Below the pieces are notes generated by a model. That model worked only from the letters and a program-made list of their open reading frames with translations. It was not told the DNA's origin and did not search any database. A stretch of DNA of 64,000 nt from an uncultured Candidatus Rokubacteria bacterium (GTDB lineage Bacteria > Methylomirabilota > Methylomirabilia > Rokubacteriales > DASRDR01). The DNA lies in NCBI GenBank assembly GCA_963708025.1, contig CAVPSB010000014.1, positions 352,001-416,000 on the forward strand, written 5' to 3'. Made by a program: the position numbers and the translations under genes. Below are positions 50,001 to 58,507 of the stretch, in pieces. Within the stretch, counting starts at the first letter, position 1. Each line of letters opens with the position of its first letter.

Positions 50001-50243
50001 ATCGCCACGGAGAGCGCCCCGCCGGACTGCGAATCAGAGGGGTGGTATCGCCAGGCCCTGGCCCTCGCCGACGATTGCGGGATGCGGCCGCTCATTGCGC
50101 GGTGTCACCTGGGACTCGGTCAGCTCTTCCAGCGCGTGGGCGCGCGCTCGGAAGCCAAGGGGCACCTTGGGGTTGCGGCCACGATGTTCCGCGAGATGGA
50201 CATGCGCTTCTGGCTGGCGCGCGCGGAGGCCGCCGGCGGCTAG
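47007..50243 (+). CDS. SARP-family wHTH/BTAD + STAND ATPase + TPR transcriptional regulator
   Basis: LLGGF, LLAYLAL, LYRGDLL, EEWL, LEPLQE, GEAGIGKT, LEDLHWAD, FTHDRIR and TPR tail. Confidence 0.92.
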   Translation: MPRLVLTLLGGFEARLADGPVLTFPTRKVEGLLAYLALPPGQAHPRDKLAALLWGEAPQVQARASLRQALFTLRRALAASEPAPLCLDGPAVALDLAAVEVDVATFEARSSEGTPVGLEAAARLYRGDLLAGLDVGEAPFEEWLLAERERVRELALEALAKLLSHQRRVGALEAAVQTGLRLVALEPLQEAVHRTLMRLYAELGRRGAALRQYQACVAALQRELRVEPEAETEALHREILHRRPGAAADVATDPAPAPVSLPTGDTPLVGRQLERARLDEALSAAWQGSGQVVVIRGEAGIGKTRLVTQLHARALEKGARVLLGRAYETEQTLPFGPWLGALRGAGVARDAALLDTVGRVWRAQLARLLPEVGPAPPPAATGADTLHLFECVARLIAALAARQPLLLVLEDLHWADDTSLRLLAFVARRVPARAVLLVATAREEEPETPALATTLHALARDAAPMTLRLGPLSREDTLELVGALAASGVPASPDLGERVWATATGHPLMIVETMRALATGGWQAGAPGLALPERVRELIGRRLSRLGEQARRLAAVAAVIAREFDPALLQRAAGVGAQEAADAVDELLRHRVLHTAAERLSFTHDRIRDVAFEQLSPPRRRLLHRQVAEAIEARYGPHLEPHAPALGLHYREAEAWEEAVRYLRQAGGAAAARSAYREAMTCFDQALAGLVHLCERPDTSATAIDLRLDASAALLALGELTRLVETLTVAEADARGIGDKGRLGRAWSCLSQYHRLIGDPERAIDFGRRALGVAGAVGDRALEVTTNYRLGQAYRSRGEYRQAVTVLTRNVVLLDGERPAPGTPSRPLDEAVLSRFQLAIARAELGEMSQAVADGEEALRLAEATERPDLISAARNGLGCALLDKGELDSAIAALEDACRLARQWELGVLLYWSQAPLAQAYALAGRVAEAVPLQESTVAQAEFLRHSQSRRVTMLGEAYLLAGSLVPALDAARRALELARQYGERGQEAWALRLLGEIATESAPPDCESEGWYRQALALADDCGMRPLIARCHLGLGQLFQRVGARSEAKGHLGVAATMFREMDMRFWLARAEAAGG

Positions 50244-50277
50244 CAGGCCTACGGACCGAACGCCCGGCGGTGGATCA

Positions 50278-50634
50278 ATGCTCGAGGACGCCGTGCGCCG
50301 CGAGGCGGCGCGTGAGTTCCCGCCGCACTACGGGCGCCGTGTCCGCCAGCTCGGCGAGGTCTACCTCCGGGCAGGGCGCCGTGCCGAAGCGCTCGACCGT
50401 GCGCGCCGGGCCGATCTCGATCGCGTCGAGAAGCTCGACGATCACACGGTCCGCGTGGTGTTTCGCGAGCCCACCCCGTTCTGGGCCGGCGTCTTCTGCG
50501 GGAGTCGGGGCATGCTCGTCCGGGTCGAAGCTGGATTCGGCGAGGCGGGCCGCGCTCATCATCCGGCTGAACGACCTGATCGTCCAGAACGTCGTCCTGA
50601 TCCCGGTCGTCAGCGCGACGGGTGGACGGCGTGA
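50278..50634 (+). pseudogene. Mosaic of fragments: STAND-TPR piece fused to two pieces of a peptide ABC substrate-binding protein
   Basis: QLGEVYLRAGRRAEALDRARRA, then VEKLDDHTVRVVFREPTPFW, then in another frame LDSARRAALIIRLNDLIVQNVVLIPVV. Confidence 0.65.
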
Positions 50635-50834
50635 GGCACGGGCTCGACGTGGGTGAGCGCACCCCGTGGGACTCGGCCTCGGCGAATCCTGGCCTTCTGG
50701 AATCGCCGGCCCGCGTGAGACCGAGGCCCAGACCGGCGTGGCGCGTGCTATCCTGCGCCCGGGCCTCTGCCAGTCCGGTGGAGCGGGGGTGGCCGGGCCC
50801 CGGACTGGAGCCCACGTGAGAAAGACACGTGGTC

Positions 50835-51242
50835 CTACGCCGGAATCGCCGTGATGCCGTGGACCCCCCGGAAGTCGTTGTCGAATGTGGCCACGATTCC
50901 GCCTGCCGACGTCCGCGCCACGGTCACGATGGCCGCATCCGTGAAGCTCAGGGCGCCAGTCCTCTGCGTGCGAAACGTCTCCAGCGCCGCCAGGAAGATG
51001 TCTGAGCACGGCACGAACTCGACCTCCCGGGCGTGAAGCAGGACGCTGCTGACCTTCGAGGCGACATCCAGCCCTCGGCGCGCCAATAGAACCGTCAAGA
51101 CCTCGAGAAACACGTACTCGAGGAGCAACGCCTGCCCCCACGCGCCGGCGGCAAGCCGGTCCATGACGTCAGCAGCCGCTGCATGGTGGATGTCGCGGCG
51201 GTTGTGGTAGGCGATCAGGAAGCTCGAATCCAGAACCACCAT
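50835..51242 (-). CDS. vapC: PIN-domain toxin
   Basis: VLDSSFLIA, E, LSFTDA and TFDNDF motifs. Confidence 0.9.
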   Translation of the reverse strand: MVVLDSSFLIAYHNRRDIHHAAAADVMDRLAAGAWGQALLLEYVFLEVLTVLLARRGLDVASKVSSVLLHAREVEFVPCSDIFLAALETFRTQRTGALSFTDAAIVTVARTSAGGIVATFDNDFRGVHGITAIPA

Positions 51243-51265
51243 GGCCGGGTTGGGGCCTGGTTGGC

Positions 51266-51499
51266 TCAGGCCCCATAGAGGATCCGGTCGATCTCCTCAC
51301 TGAGGCGCTCGCTACCCTCCGGATAGTCCTCCGGGGCGAGCTCCCTCAACGTGCCAAGCCGGGTCGCCTCGCCGGGACGACCCAGGTAACTGCGAATCGC
51401 CTCGCTCAGGGCCTGACCGAGCGTCTTGCCCGAAAGCGCGGCGCGCGCCTTGAGCTGCCGGAAGGCCGCCTCATCGATGTTGCGAATCGTCGTGTCCAT
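51266..51499 (-). CDS. VapB-type antitoxin
   Basis: TIRNIDEAAFRQLKARAAL...LSEEIDRILYG; directly upstream of the PIN gene. Confidence 0.82.
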   Translation of the reverse strand: MDTTIRNIDEAAFRQLKARAALSGKTLGQALSEAIRSYLGRPGEATRLGTLRELAPEDYPEGSERLSEEIDRILYGA

Positions 51500-51532
51500 A
51501 CGGTGCATTGTAACACAACGGTGCGCACACCT
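51500..51532 (-). promoter_or_regulatory. -10 box and operator of the vapBC module, leaderless geometry
   Basis: TACAAT (51507-51512), 7 nt, ATG; GCACCGT direct repeats flank the -10. Confidence 0.68.
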
Positions 51533-51742
51533 ATTTTCGCGCACGACGCCGCAGGGGCCTCGCAAGAAGCTTGGGCGGTCGTGATCGGACGCAGGCCGCG
51601 GCCCATCTCGGCCTCGCGGCCGACGAGGGCGCTGCGTCGACATCCCGCGCCCAGAGCGGCGAATCGACGGATCGGGACGTGTTGACACGGGTGGGCGTTG
51701 ACCACCGGGGGTCGTCGCGACGGACGGCGGATCAGGCCGCTG

Positions 51743-52811
51743 TCAGACCTCCACGGTCCAGCCGTGGGTGTCGGGCACCCGCGCGTACTGGATGTCGACG
51801 ATGGCGTCGTAGAGGCGCTGGGTCAGCTCGCCGATCTTCCCGCCGCTGACGACGATGCGCTCGTCCTTGTAGGACAGCTCGCCCACCGGCGAGATGACGG
51901 CCGCGGTGCCGGTGCCCCAGGCCTCGCGGAGCGTCCCGCCGTGGGCCGCCGCGATCACCTCGTCGATCGGGATCTGGCGCTCGGTCGCCTTGAGGCCCCA
52001 CTCGCGCAGCAGGGTCAGGACCGAGTCGCGCGTGACGCCGGGGAGGATCGTGCCGGCCAGCGGCGGGGTGATGACCTCGTCGCCGATCCGGAACATGATG
52101 TTCATCGTCCCGACCTCGTCGACGTACTTCCGGTTGATCGGGCGTCGAGCCAGAGGACCTGGGTGAAGCCGGCGTGGTGCGCTTCCTCGGCCGGATAGAG
52201 GCTGGCCGCGTAGTTCCCGCCGGTCTTGGCGGCGCCCATCCCGGGGGTGGCGCGGACGTACTGGTCCTCGACCCGGATCTTCACCGGGTTCATGCCCTCG
52301 GCGTAGTAGGCGCCGACCGGGGAGAGGATCACGTAGTAGATGTAGGACTTGGCCGGCCGCACGCCGAGGAACGGCTCGGAGGCGATGATCACGGGGCGGA
52401 CGTAGAGCGCGGTGCCGACGCTCGACGGCACCCAGGCCTGCTCGAGGCCGACCAGCGTCACCAGCGACTGGAGGGCGAACTCGCGGGTCGAGGGGCGGGA
52501 TGCAGAGCCGCCGGGCCGAGTTGTTCATCCGCTCGATGTGCTTCTGGGGCCGGAACAGCCGGACCTTTCCGTCCTGGCCGCGGAAGGCCTTGAGCCCGTC
52601 GAAGATGGCCTGGGCGTAGTGGAGGACGGCCGCGGCGGGATCGAGCGGGATCGGGCCGTACGGCTCGATGCGCGGGTCGTACCAGCCCTTCTCCTCCTGG
52701 AAGTCGGCCACGAACATGTGGTCGGTGAAGACGGTCCCGAACCCGAGCTCGTGTGTCCTTGGGCTTGGGCTTCCGGGCGGTGGCGCGGGTGATGCGGATG
52801 GGGTCGCTCAT
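51743..52811 (-). CDS. ilvE: Branched-chain amino acid aminotransferase (three frameshifts near 52751, 52483, 52140)
   Basis: GFGTVFTDHM, LHYAQAIFDGLKA, LYVRP, AKTGGNYAAS, EVGTMN, ILPGVTRDS and GTAAVISPV motifs. Confidence 0.9.
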
Positions 52812-53004
52812 CGTCGTCCCTCGCTGGGCTGTCGGACCGATCAGTCGCTGGCAGCTTCCGGGCGCCTGTTGCGGTACGAGTGTAGCACGGCGCGCGGGGT
52901 TCGCGAGAGTGGCCCCGTCCGCGCGTCGGAGAATTGGCCCTGGCCGGCCGGACCCGGAGGGCGATAGCCTGCTCGGTACCGACTCGCCCCAGGAGGAGAT
53001 TGCC

Positions 53005-54072
53005 ATGGCCGTCCCGACGACTGACTCCGCGATGTACCAGACGATGCATCGCCAGCCCGCCGATCTCCGGCGCCTCCTGGCGACGGGCTGGGCGCCGGCG
53101 CGCCAGGCGGCGGAGCGCCTCGCCGGCGCCGGCCGCCTCTTCGTCGTCGGCATCGGGACCAGCTACCACGCCGCCCTCGTCGGCGGCTGGCTGCTCCGAG
53201 CCGCCGGCGCCGACGCGCGCGCCGTCTCGTCCTTCGACCTGGCGCTCTATCCCGAGACGGCGACACTGCGTCCCGGCGACGGCGTGATCGTCATGGCCCA
53301 CACCGGGATCAAGCGCTTCTCGACGGAGGCGATAACCCGGGCGGCCGCCGCCGGGGCCACCGTGGTCTCGGTGGGCAGCCTGACCGCCGAGCATCCCGGC
53401 TCCCAGCTCGTCCTCCGCACCGTCGAGCGCGAGAAGTCGGCGGCGTTCACCGCCTCCCACCTCGCCGCGATGACGGTGCTGGCCCAGGTCGCGATCGAGC
53501 TGGGCGAGCGGCGCGGCGCCGCCGGCGTCCGCGGGCTCCGGGAGGCGCTCGGGCGGCTCCCCGACCAGGTGGTGGAGGTGCTGGCCCGGGAGGGCGAGGT
53601 GCTGCCGGTTGCCCGCGACGCGGCCGGCCACCGCGTCTACGCCGCCGGCGCCGGGCCGAACGAGGCGACCGCCCTCGAGGCCGTGATCAAGGTGCGGGAG
53701 GCGGCGCAGGGGTGGATCGACGCCCTGGCCCTCGAGCAGTTCCTCCACGGGCCGATCGTGTCCGTGAACGCCGGCGACGTCGCCGTCCTCGTCAACGTCC
53801 CCGGCGCGGCGGCCACGCGGGCCGCCGAGATCGCCGCCGTGCTCGACGCCATCGGGGCCCGGCTGTGGCTGGTCGGCCAGGGCGCCCCGACGGCGCCGGC
53901 CGCCGAGGTCTTCCGCCTGCCCGAGCTGCCGGAGCTGCTCTCGCCGCTCCTGGCCGTGGTGCCGATCCAGATCCTCGCCTACCACATGGCGGTGCTGCGG
54001 GGGATCGATCCCGACCGCTTCCGCCGCGACGACCCCCGCTACGCCGCCGCTTTCGGCCTCCTGAAGATCTGA
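53005..54072 (+). CDS. SIS-domain sugar-phosphate isomerase/deaminase (GlmS C-terminal/FrlB-like)
   Basis: GIGTSYHAA, KVRE, EQFLHGP and GIDPD motifs. Confidence 0.85.
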   Translation: MAVPTTDSAMYQTMHRQPADLRRLLATGWAPARQAAERLAGAGRLFVVGIGTSYHAALVGGWLLRAAGADARAVSSFDLALYPETATLRPGDGVIVMAHTGIKRFSTEAITRAAAAGATVVSVGSLTAEHPGSQLVLRTVEREKSAAFTASHLAAMTVLAQVAIELGERRGAAGVRGLREALGRLPDQVVEVLAREGEVLPVARDAAGHRVYAAGAGPNEATALEAVIKVREAAQGWIDALALEQFLHGPIVSVNAGDVAVLVNVPGAAATRAAEIAAVLDAIGARLWLVGQGAPTAPAAEVFRLPELPELLSPLLAVVPIQILAYHMAVLRGIDPDRFRRDDPRYAAAFGLLKI

Positions 54073-54075
54073 CGC

Positions 54076-54174
54076 CCTTTTCGCCTCTCCCCCGTTGGGG
54101 AGAGGGTCAGGGTGAGGGGAGCCACGCCCCCCTGGAGACCCTCACCCCGACCCTCTCCCTGGCAGGGAGAGGGA
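54076..54174. repeat. Inverted pair of family B palindromes (REPIN/BIME-like doublet) between convergent genes
   Basis: CCTCTCCCC..GGGGAGAGGGTCAGGGTGAGGG, a spacer of about 20 nt, then CCCTCACCCCGACCCTCTCCC..GGGAGAGGG. Confidence 0.8.
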
Positions 54175-54203
54175 GCGGAGCAGGAGATGGGTCTCCTGGG
54201 CCG

Positions 54204-55505
54204 CTAGACGAACTTGGGCATCAGCAGGCGGGGGATGAACAGGATCAGCTCCGGGAACATGACGATCAGGACCAGGACCACCAGCATCGGCAGCAGGATG
54301 ATGGCGACGTCCTTGATGGCCTCCGAGACCTTGATGCCGGCGATGTGGCAGTCGATCAACAGGCAGAGCCCGTAGGGCGGGGTCACCAGACCGAACGCCA
54401 GCGAGACGACGCCGATGATGGCGAAGTGGATCGGGTGCATCCCCACGCTCTGGGCGACGGGAGCGAGCAGGGGACCGACGATGATGATGGCCGGCACCGC
54501 GTCGATGAAGCACCCGATGACCAGAAACACGCCCGCCTCGATGAGGCCGACCCCGGTCACGCTCACCCCGTAGGCGGCGAGCAGGCCGATGATCGCCTTC
54601 GGGATCTGGTAGTAGGCCAGGAGCCAGCCGAAGGCTGACGCCGTCCCGATGCAGAACAGCGAGATCGAGGCGAGGCGGACCGTCTGGTACAGCACCTTGC
54701 CCACGTCCCGGAGACCCAGTGAGCGGTGCACGAAGAGGCCGATGACGAGGCTGTAGAGCACGGCGATGACCGAGGCCTCGGTGGGGGTGAAGAATCCCCC
54801 GACCACGCCGCCGATGATGATCACCGGGGTCAGGATCGCGAACAAGGCCCGTCCGAAGGCCGTGAAGAACTCCGGCAGCGTGGCTCGGGCGTAGATCGGG
54901 TACCCCCGGGTCCGGGCGTAGGCGTACACTGCCGCCATCTGGGACAGCCCGACCAGCACGCCGGGGACGAAGCCGGCGAGGAACAAGGCCCCGATCGACG
55001 CGTTCATGACGCCGCCCCAGACCACCATCAGGATGCTGGGCGGGATGATGACGCCGATCACCGAGGAGCAGGCGGTGATGGCCACCGTGAAGCTGGCGTC
55101 GTAGCCCTGGCTCCGCATCGCCGGGATGATGATCGAGCCCTCGCCCGCCGCGTCGGCGGTGGAGGAGCCCGAGATGCCGGCGAAGATCATGCTCACCACG
55201 ACGTTGACCTGGGCGAGCCCGCCCCGGAACTGGCCGACCAGGCACCGGGTGAGATCCATGAGCCGCTCGGTGATCCCGGCCGAGTTCATCAGGTTGGCGG
55301 CCAGCACGAAGAACGGGACGGCCAGCAGGATGAACGAGTTGTAGGCCTTGGTCATCTCGCCGAGCATCAGCACCGGGGTCAGCCGGTCGTCGAGGGCGAA
55401 GATCGGGAGGCAGGCCAGCCCGAGGGCGAAGGCGACCGGCACCCGCAGCACGACCAGGACGCCGAAGACGCCGAACATGACGCCGGCGACCTCAGCGGGC
55501 GACAT
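54204..55505 (-). CDS. dctM: TRAP transporter large permease
   Basis: LAVPFF, GISGSSTAD, IIPPSI, TPTEA and TPPYG motifs. Confidence 0.93.
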   Translation of the reverse strand: MSPAEVAGVMFGVFGVLVVLRVPVAFALGLACLPIFALDDRLTPVLMLGEMTKAYNSFILLAVPFFVLAANLMNSAGITERLMDLTRCLVGQFRGGLAQVNVVVSMIFAGISGSSTADAAGEGSIIIPAMRSQGYDASFTVAITACSSVIGVIIPPSILMVVWGGVMNASIGALFLAGFVPGVLVGLSQMAAVYAYARTRGYPIYARATLPEFFTAFGRALFAILTPVIIIGGVVGGFFTPTEASVIAVLYSLVIGLFVHRSLGLRDVGKVLYQTVRLASISLFCIGTASAFGWLLAYYQIPKAIIGLLAAYGVSVTGVGLIEAGVFLVIGCFIDAVPAIIIVGPLLAPVAQSVGMHPIHFAIIGVVSLAFGLVTPPYGLCLLIDCHIAGIKVSEAIKDVAIILLPMLVVLVLIVMFPELILFIPRLLMPKFV

Positions 55506-56025
55506 CGGGGTCTCCGCGCAGGGTGTCGAGCGCGGCCGTGTCGCCGCGCAGGACGGCGACGGCGGCCAGGATGCGCTCGGCGAGAAAGGCGACCCAGGTG
55601 AGCCCCGCCACCAGGTAGGCGCCGTGGATGGCGATCAGGTTGATCCCGGTCAGCTCGGAGGTCTGGGTGTAGCCGAACGCGGCGTAGCGCCAGCCGTAGG
55701 TCACGAACACCCCCGCGAAGACGAGCATGAGCAGGGAGACGAGGAGCCGCATGACCGCCTCGCCGCGGGCGCTCTTGGGGGTGGGAAGGAGGTCGACCTC
55801 GAAGTGGGTGCCCTCGCGCACCGCGATCATGGCGCCGAGCATGATGATCCAGATGAAGCAGAAGCGCGCGGCCTCCTCGGTCCAGATGTAGCGGGGGATC
55901 AGCCCGGTGTACCGGGAGACGATCTGGAGGGTGACGGGGACGATCATGAGTCCCATGAGCGCCGTGGCCAGGATCTGGAGCAGCCGGAAGTAGGCGCGCA
56001 GCACCGTGGTCAGGGTCTTGGGCAT
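55492..56025 (-). CDS. dctQ: TRAP transporter small permease
   Basis: WTEEAARF and HFEVD motifs; four TM segments. Confidence 0.9.
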   Translation of the reverse strand: MPKTLTTVLRAYFRLLQILATALMGLMIVPVTLQIVSRYTGLIPRYIWTEEAARFCFIWIIMLGAMIAVREGTHFEVDLLPTPKSARGEAVMRLLVSLLMLVFAGVFVTYGWRYAAFGYTQTSELTGINLIAIHGAYLVAGLTWVAFLAERILAAVAVLRGDTAALDTLRGDPDVAR

Positions 56026-56107
56026 GGGGCTCCTCTACGGATGACGAGAAGGACCGGGGTCCCCGGGCTGGCGACCCGGGGACCCGATCGTCCGGCGGGA
56101 CCGGCGG

Positions 56108-57112
56108 CTACTTCACCGCGTTGATGTTCTCGAGGACCTTCTCCGCCCCACTCTCCTTGGCAAAGGCCACCTTGACCGGTGCCACCAGCTCGAGCAGCTT
56201 GGGGCGCTCGGTGAAGGGGTAGACGCGGACCTTGCCCTCGGCCTTCATCTTCTCCAGGATCTTCTCGTCCTCCCGGCGTTCCCAGTCCCGGCCGTAGGCC
56301 CCGGCCTCCATCCCGGCCTTGACGATCGCGTCCTGCAGCTCCTTGGGCAGCTTCCGGAAGGTCTTGGCCGAGAAGCAGAGCGGCCGGATGGTGATGGCGT
56401 GCTGGGTCAGGGAGACGTCCGGTGCCACCTCGTTCCACTTCATCTGAGCCCAGCCGGGGCTCTCGTTCTCGCCGGCCTGGATGACGCCGGTCTGGATCGC
56501 GTTGTAGACCTCGTCGTAGGCGATGACGGTCGGGGCGGCGGTGATGGCCTGGAAGATGCGGGTCTGGATGGGCGCGCCCATCACCCGGATCGGCAGGCTC
56601 TTCAGCTCCTCCATGTTCCGGACCGGCTTCTTGCCGACGATGTTCCGGACCCCACCGCCGCCATACCCGATCAGCATCACCTCCGCCTTGGCCACGACGT
56701 CGTCGGCGATCGGCTTGAGCGCGTCTCCGGTGGCCATGACCTTCCGCCAGTGGTCGAGGTCCCGGAACAGGAACGGCATGTCCATGAGCGTTGCCTGCTT
56801 CGAGAACGTCGCCATGTGGGAGGGGGCGACGATCGCGTAGTCAACGGACAGGCCCTGGCTCATGTAGCCGAAGTAGTCCTTCTCGAGGCCCAGCTCCCGA
56901 TTCCGGTGGAGGACGAAGTTGACGGGCTTCCCGTAGTACTTCTGGGTCAGCTCGGCGAACTTGAGCATGGTCTGGTTGAAGGAGTGGCTGTCGTCGAACT
57001 GGCTGGCGCCCTTCAGCGTGATCGTCTGGGCGCCGGCCGGGACGACGGCCAGCAGGGCGGCCAGGGTGACGACGGCGAGGCCGGTCAGCGGGCGAGCGTG
57101 GCGATGACTCAT
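56108..57112 (-). CDS. dctP: TRAP transporter substrate-binding protein
   Basis: Signal peptide; MPFLF, IRVM, EVYNAIQTGV and LTQH motifs. Confidence 0.92.
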   Translation of the reverse strand: MSHRHARPLTGLAVVTLAALLAVVPAGAQTITLKGASQFDDSHSFNQTMLKFAELTQKYYGKPVNFVLHRNRELGLEKDYFGYMSQGLSVDYAIVAPSHMATFSKQATLMDMPFLFRDLDHWRKVMATGDALKPIADDVVAKAEVMLIGYGGGGVRNIVGKKPVRNMEELKSLPIRVMGAPIQTRIFQAITAAPTVIAYDEVYNAIQTGVIQAGENESPGWAQMKWNEVAPDVSLTQHAITIRPLCFSAKTFRKLPKELQDAIVKAGMEAGAYGRDWERREDEKILEKMKAEGKVRVYPFTERPKLLELVAPVKVAFAKESGAEKVLENINAVK

Positions 57113-57359
57113 GCGTAGCTCCTCTCTCCGCGAGGGTTGCCGGTCAGGGGCGGGATCAGGGTTGCGCCATCATACATCACAACGCATTCGCTCGCGGTGA
57201 GGCCGAGGCGCCCCGTGGGAGAGGGCCTCCGAGTCCGGCAAGGGACCTGACAGGTGGTCGGAGCCTAGCGCACGATCAGGCCCATCGCGACGGCCGCGGG
57301 CCCCGAAGAGGTCGCAAGCTCGGCGGCGCCGAACGTCGGGAGCGCTTCCTGCGATGCCC

Positions 57360-57851
57360 TCACTCAGCCGCGGTGACAGCCTTCGCCGGCTGCTCGGCCA
57401 GCGACTCGTGCTCCCGGATGGCGGCGGTCCGGCCGACCAGGCGGGCCACGACCCTCGCCAGCTCGTCGGCGTCCACGGGCTTGGCGAGGTGGGCTTGGAA
57501 GCCGGCGGCCCGGGTCCGGCGGCGGTCTTCGGCACTCGTGCGGGCCGTCACGGCCGCCGCGGGGATACGGCCGCCCCTGTCCGGGGGCAGCGCGCGCACC
57601 TGCCGGATCAGGTCGTAGCCGTCTTCCCCCGGCATCGAGAGATCGCTGAGCAGGATGTCGGGCTGCAGGAGCACGAGCGCCCGCAGGCCCTCGCGCGCCG
57701 AGGCGGCCGCGGTGACCGAGGCGCCGAACTGCTGGAGCAGGAGCGCCAGGGCCTCGCGCGTGTCGGCATCGTCCTCGACGACGAGGACGTGCAACCCTTC
57801 GAGTTCAGAGTCAGACGGCATGACGGGGGGCAGCGGTTGCAAGAACGGCAC
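57360..57851 (-). CDS. Stand-alone response regulator receiver protein (start may be ATG 57821)
   Basis: VEDD, SDLSMPGEDG, VTA and KPVD motifs. Confidence 0.87.
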   Translation of the reverse strand: MPFLQPLPPVMPSDSELEGLHVLVVEDDADTREALALLLQQFGASVTAAASAREGLRALVLLQPDILLSDLSMPGEDGYDLIRQVRALPPDRGGRIPAAAVTARTSAEDRRRTRAAGFQAHLAKPVDADELARVVARLVGRTAAIREHESLAEQPAKAVTAAE

Positions 57852-58010
57852 CCACCCCCGTTCCCGGGAGATCGGTACGACAGCATGCGCACCTGCGTGA
57901 CACGCGTCCCCACCCGGAGCGGGCGGAGGGGCCGCATTTCGGTCCTGGCCTGACGTTTTTCGTCACCAGGCCCGGAGGGCTCTCGGGCACCCTGCCGGCA
58001 CTCGCCGGGG

Positions 58011-58505
58011 TCAGAAGGGTAGGCGGTCGGCGTGCGGTCGGAGGGTCTTGGAGTACAGCGCCTCGTCCAGGCCCGGGCTGGCGAACCCCGGCAGGTCCCC
58101 GACGTGGCGGTAGCCGTGGCGCTCGTAGAAGCGGCGGGCGGCGGCGTTGTCGGTCGTGGCGAGCAGGACGAGGTGGTTGGCCCAGCCTCGTGCCTCGGCC
58201 TCGGCGGCGGCCAGGAGCCACGCGCCGAGCCCGTGCCCCTGGCGGCCTTCCGCGACCAGCAGGAGCCGGAGATAGGCGGCGCCGGTCAGGATCCGGCTGG
58301 CGATGAGCCAGGCCAGGCCGAGCGGCGCGCCGTCGGGAGCCCAGCCGACGAGCAGCCGGTCGCCCGCCCGGTGACCCGCCTCGAGCGCGGCGAGCGCCGC
58401 ATCGCGTGTGGTGCCGTACCGCCGGAGCAACGGTGAGCCTGCCATCAGCCCGGCGAGGGCGGGGAGGTCCTCCGCCCGGGCCGGGGTGATGCGCGGAGTC
58501 TCCAT
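58011..58505 (-). CDS. GNAT family N-acetyltransferase
   Basis: RQGHGLG motif A; NAAARRFYERHGY. Confidence 0.88.
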   Translation of the reverse strand: METPRITPARAEDLPALAGLMAGSPLLRRYGTTRDAALAALEAGHRAGDRLLVGWAPDGAPLGLAWLIASRILTGAAYLRLLLVAEGRQGHGLGAWLLAAAEAEARGWANHLVLLATTDNAAARRFYERHGYRHVGDLPGFASPGLDEALYSKTLRPHADRLPF

Positions 58506-58507
58506 CG

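Noticed and set aside
47007-50243. Secondary-metabolite cluster implied by the SARP regulator
   Set aside because: No PKS, NRPS, RiPP or terpene biosynthetic genes in the window.
51743-52811. ilvE (and metE-like, potA-like, ftsX-like, beta-helix genes) as true pseudogenes or programmed frameshifts
   Set aside because: Motifs are intact on both sides, there are no other lesions and no slippery heptamers; sequencing indels are more likely, though not provable here.
57113-57359. Riboswitch or ncRNA upstream of the TRAP operon
   Set aside because: Only a TATGAT -10 candidate and generic GC hairpins; I recognise no aptamer motif. An Rfam scan would be needed.
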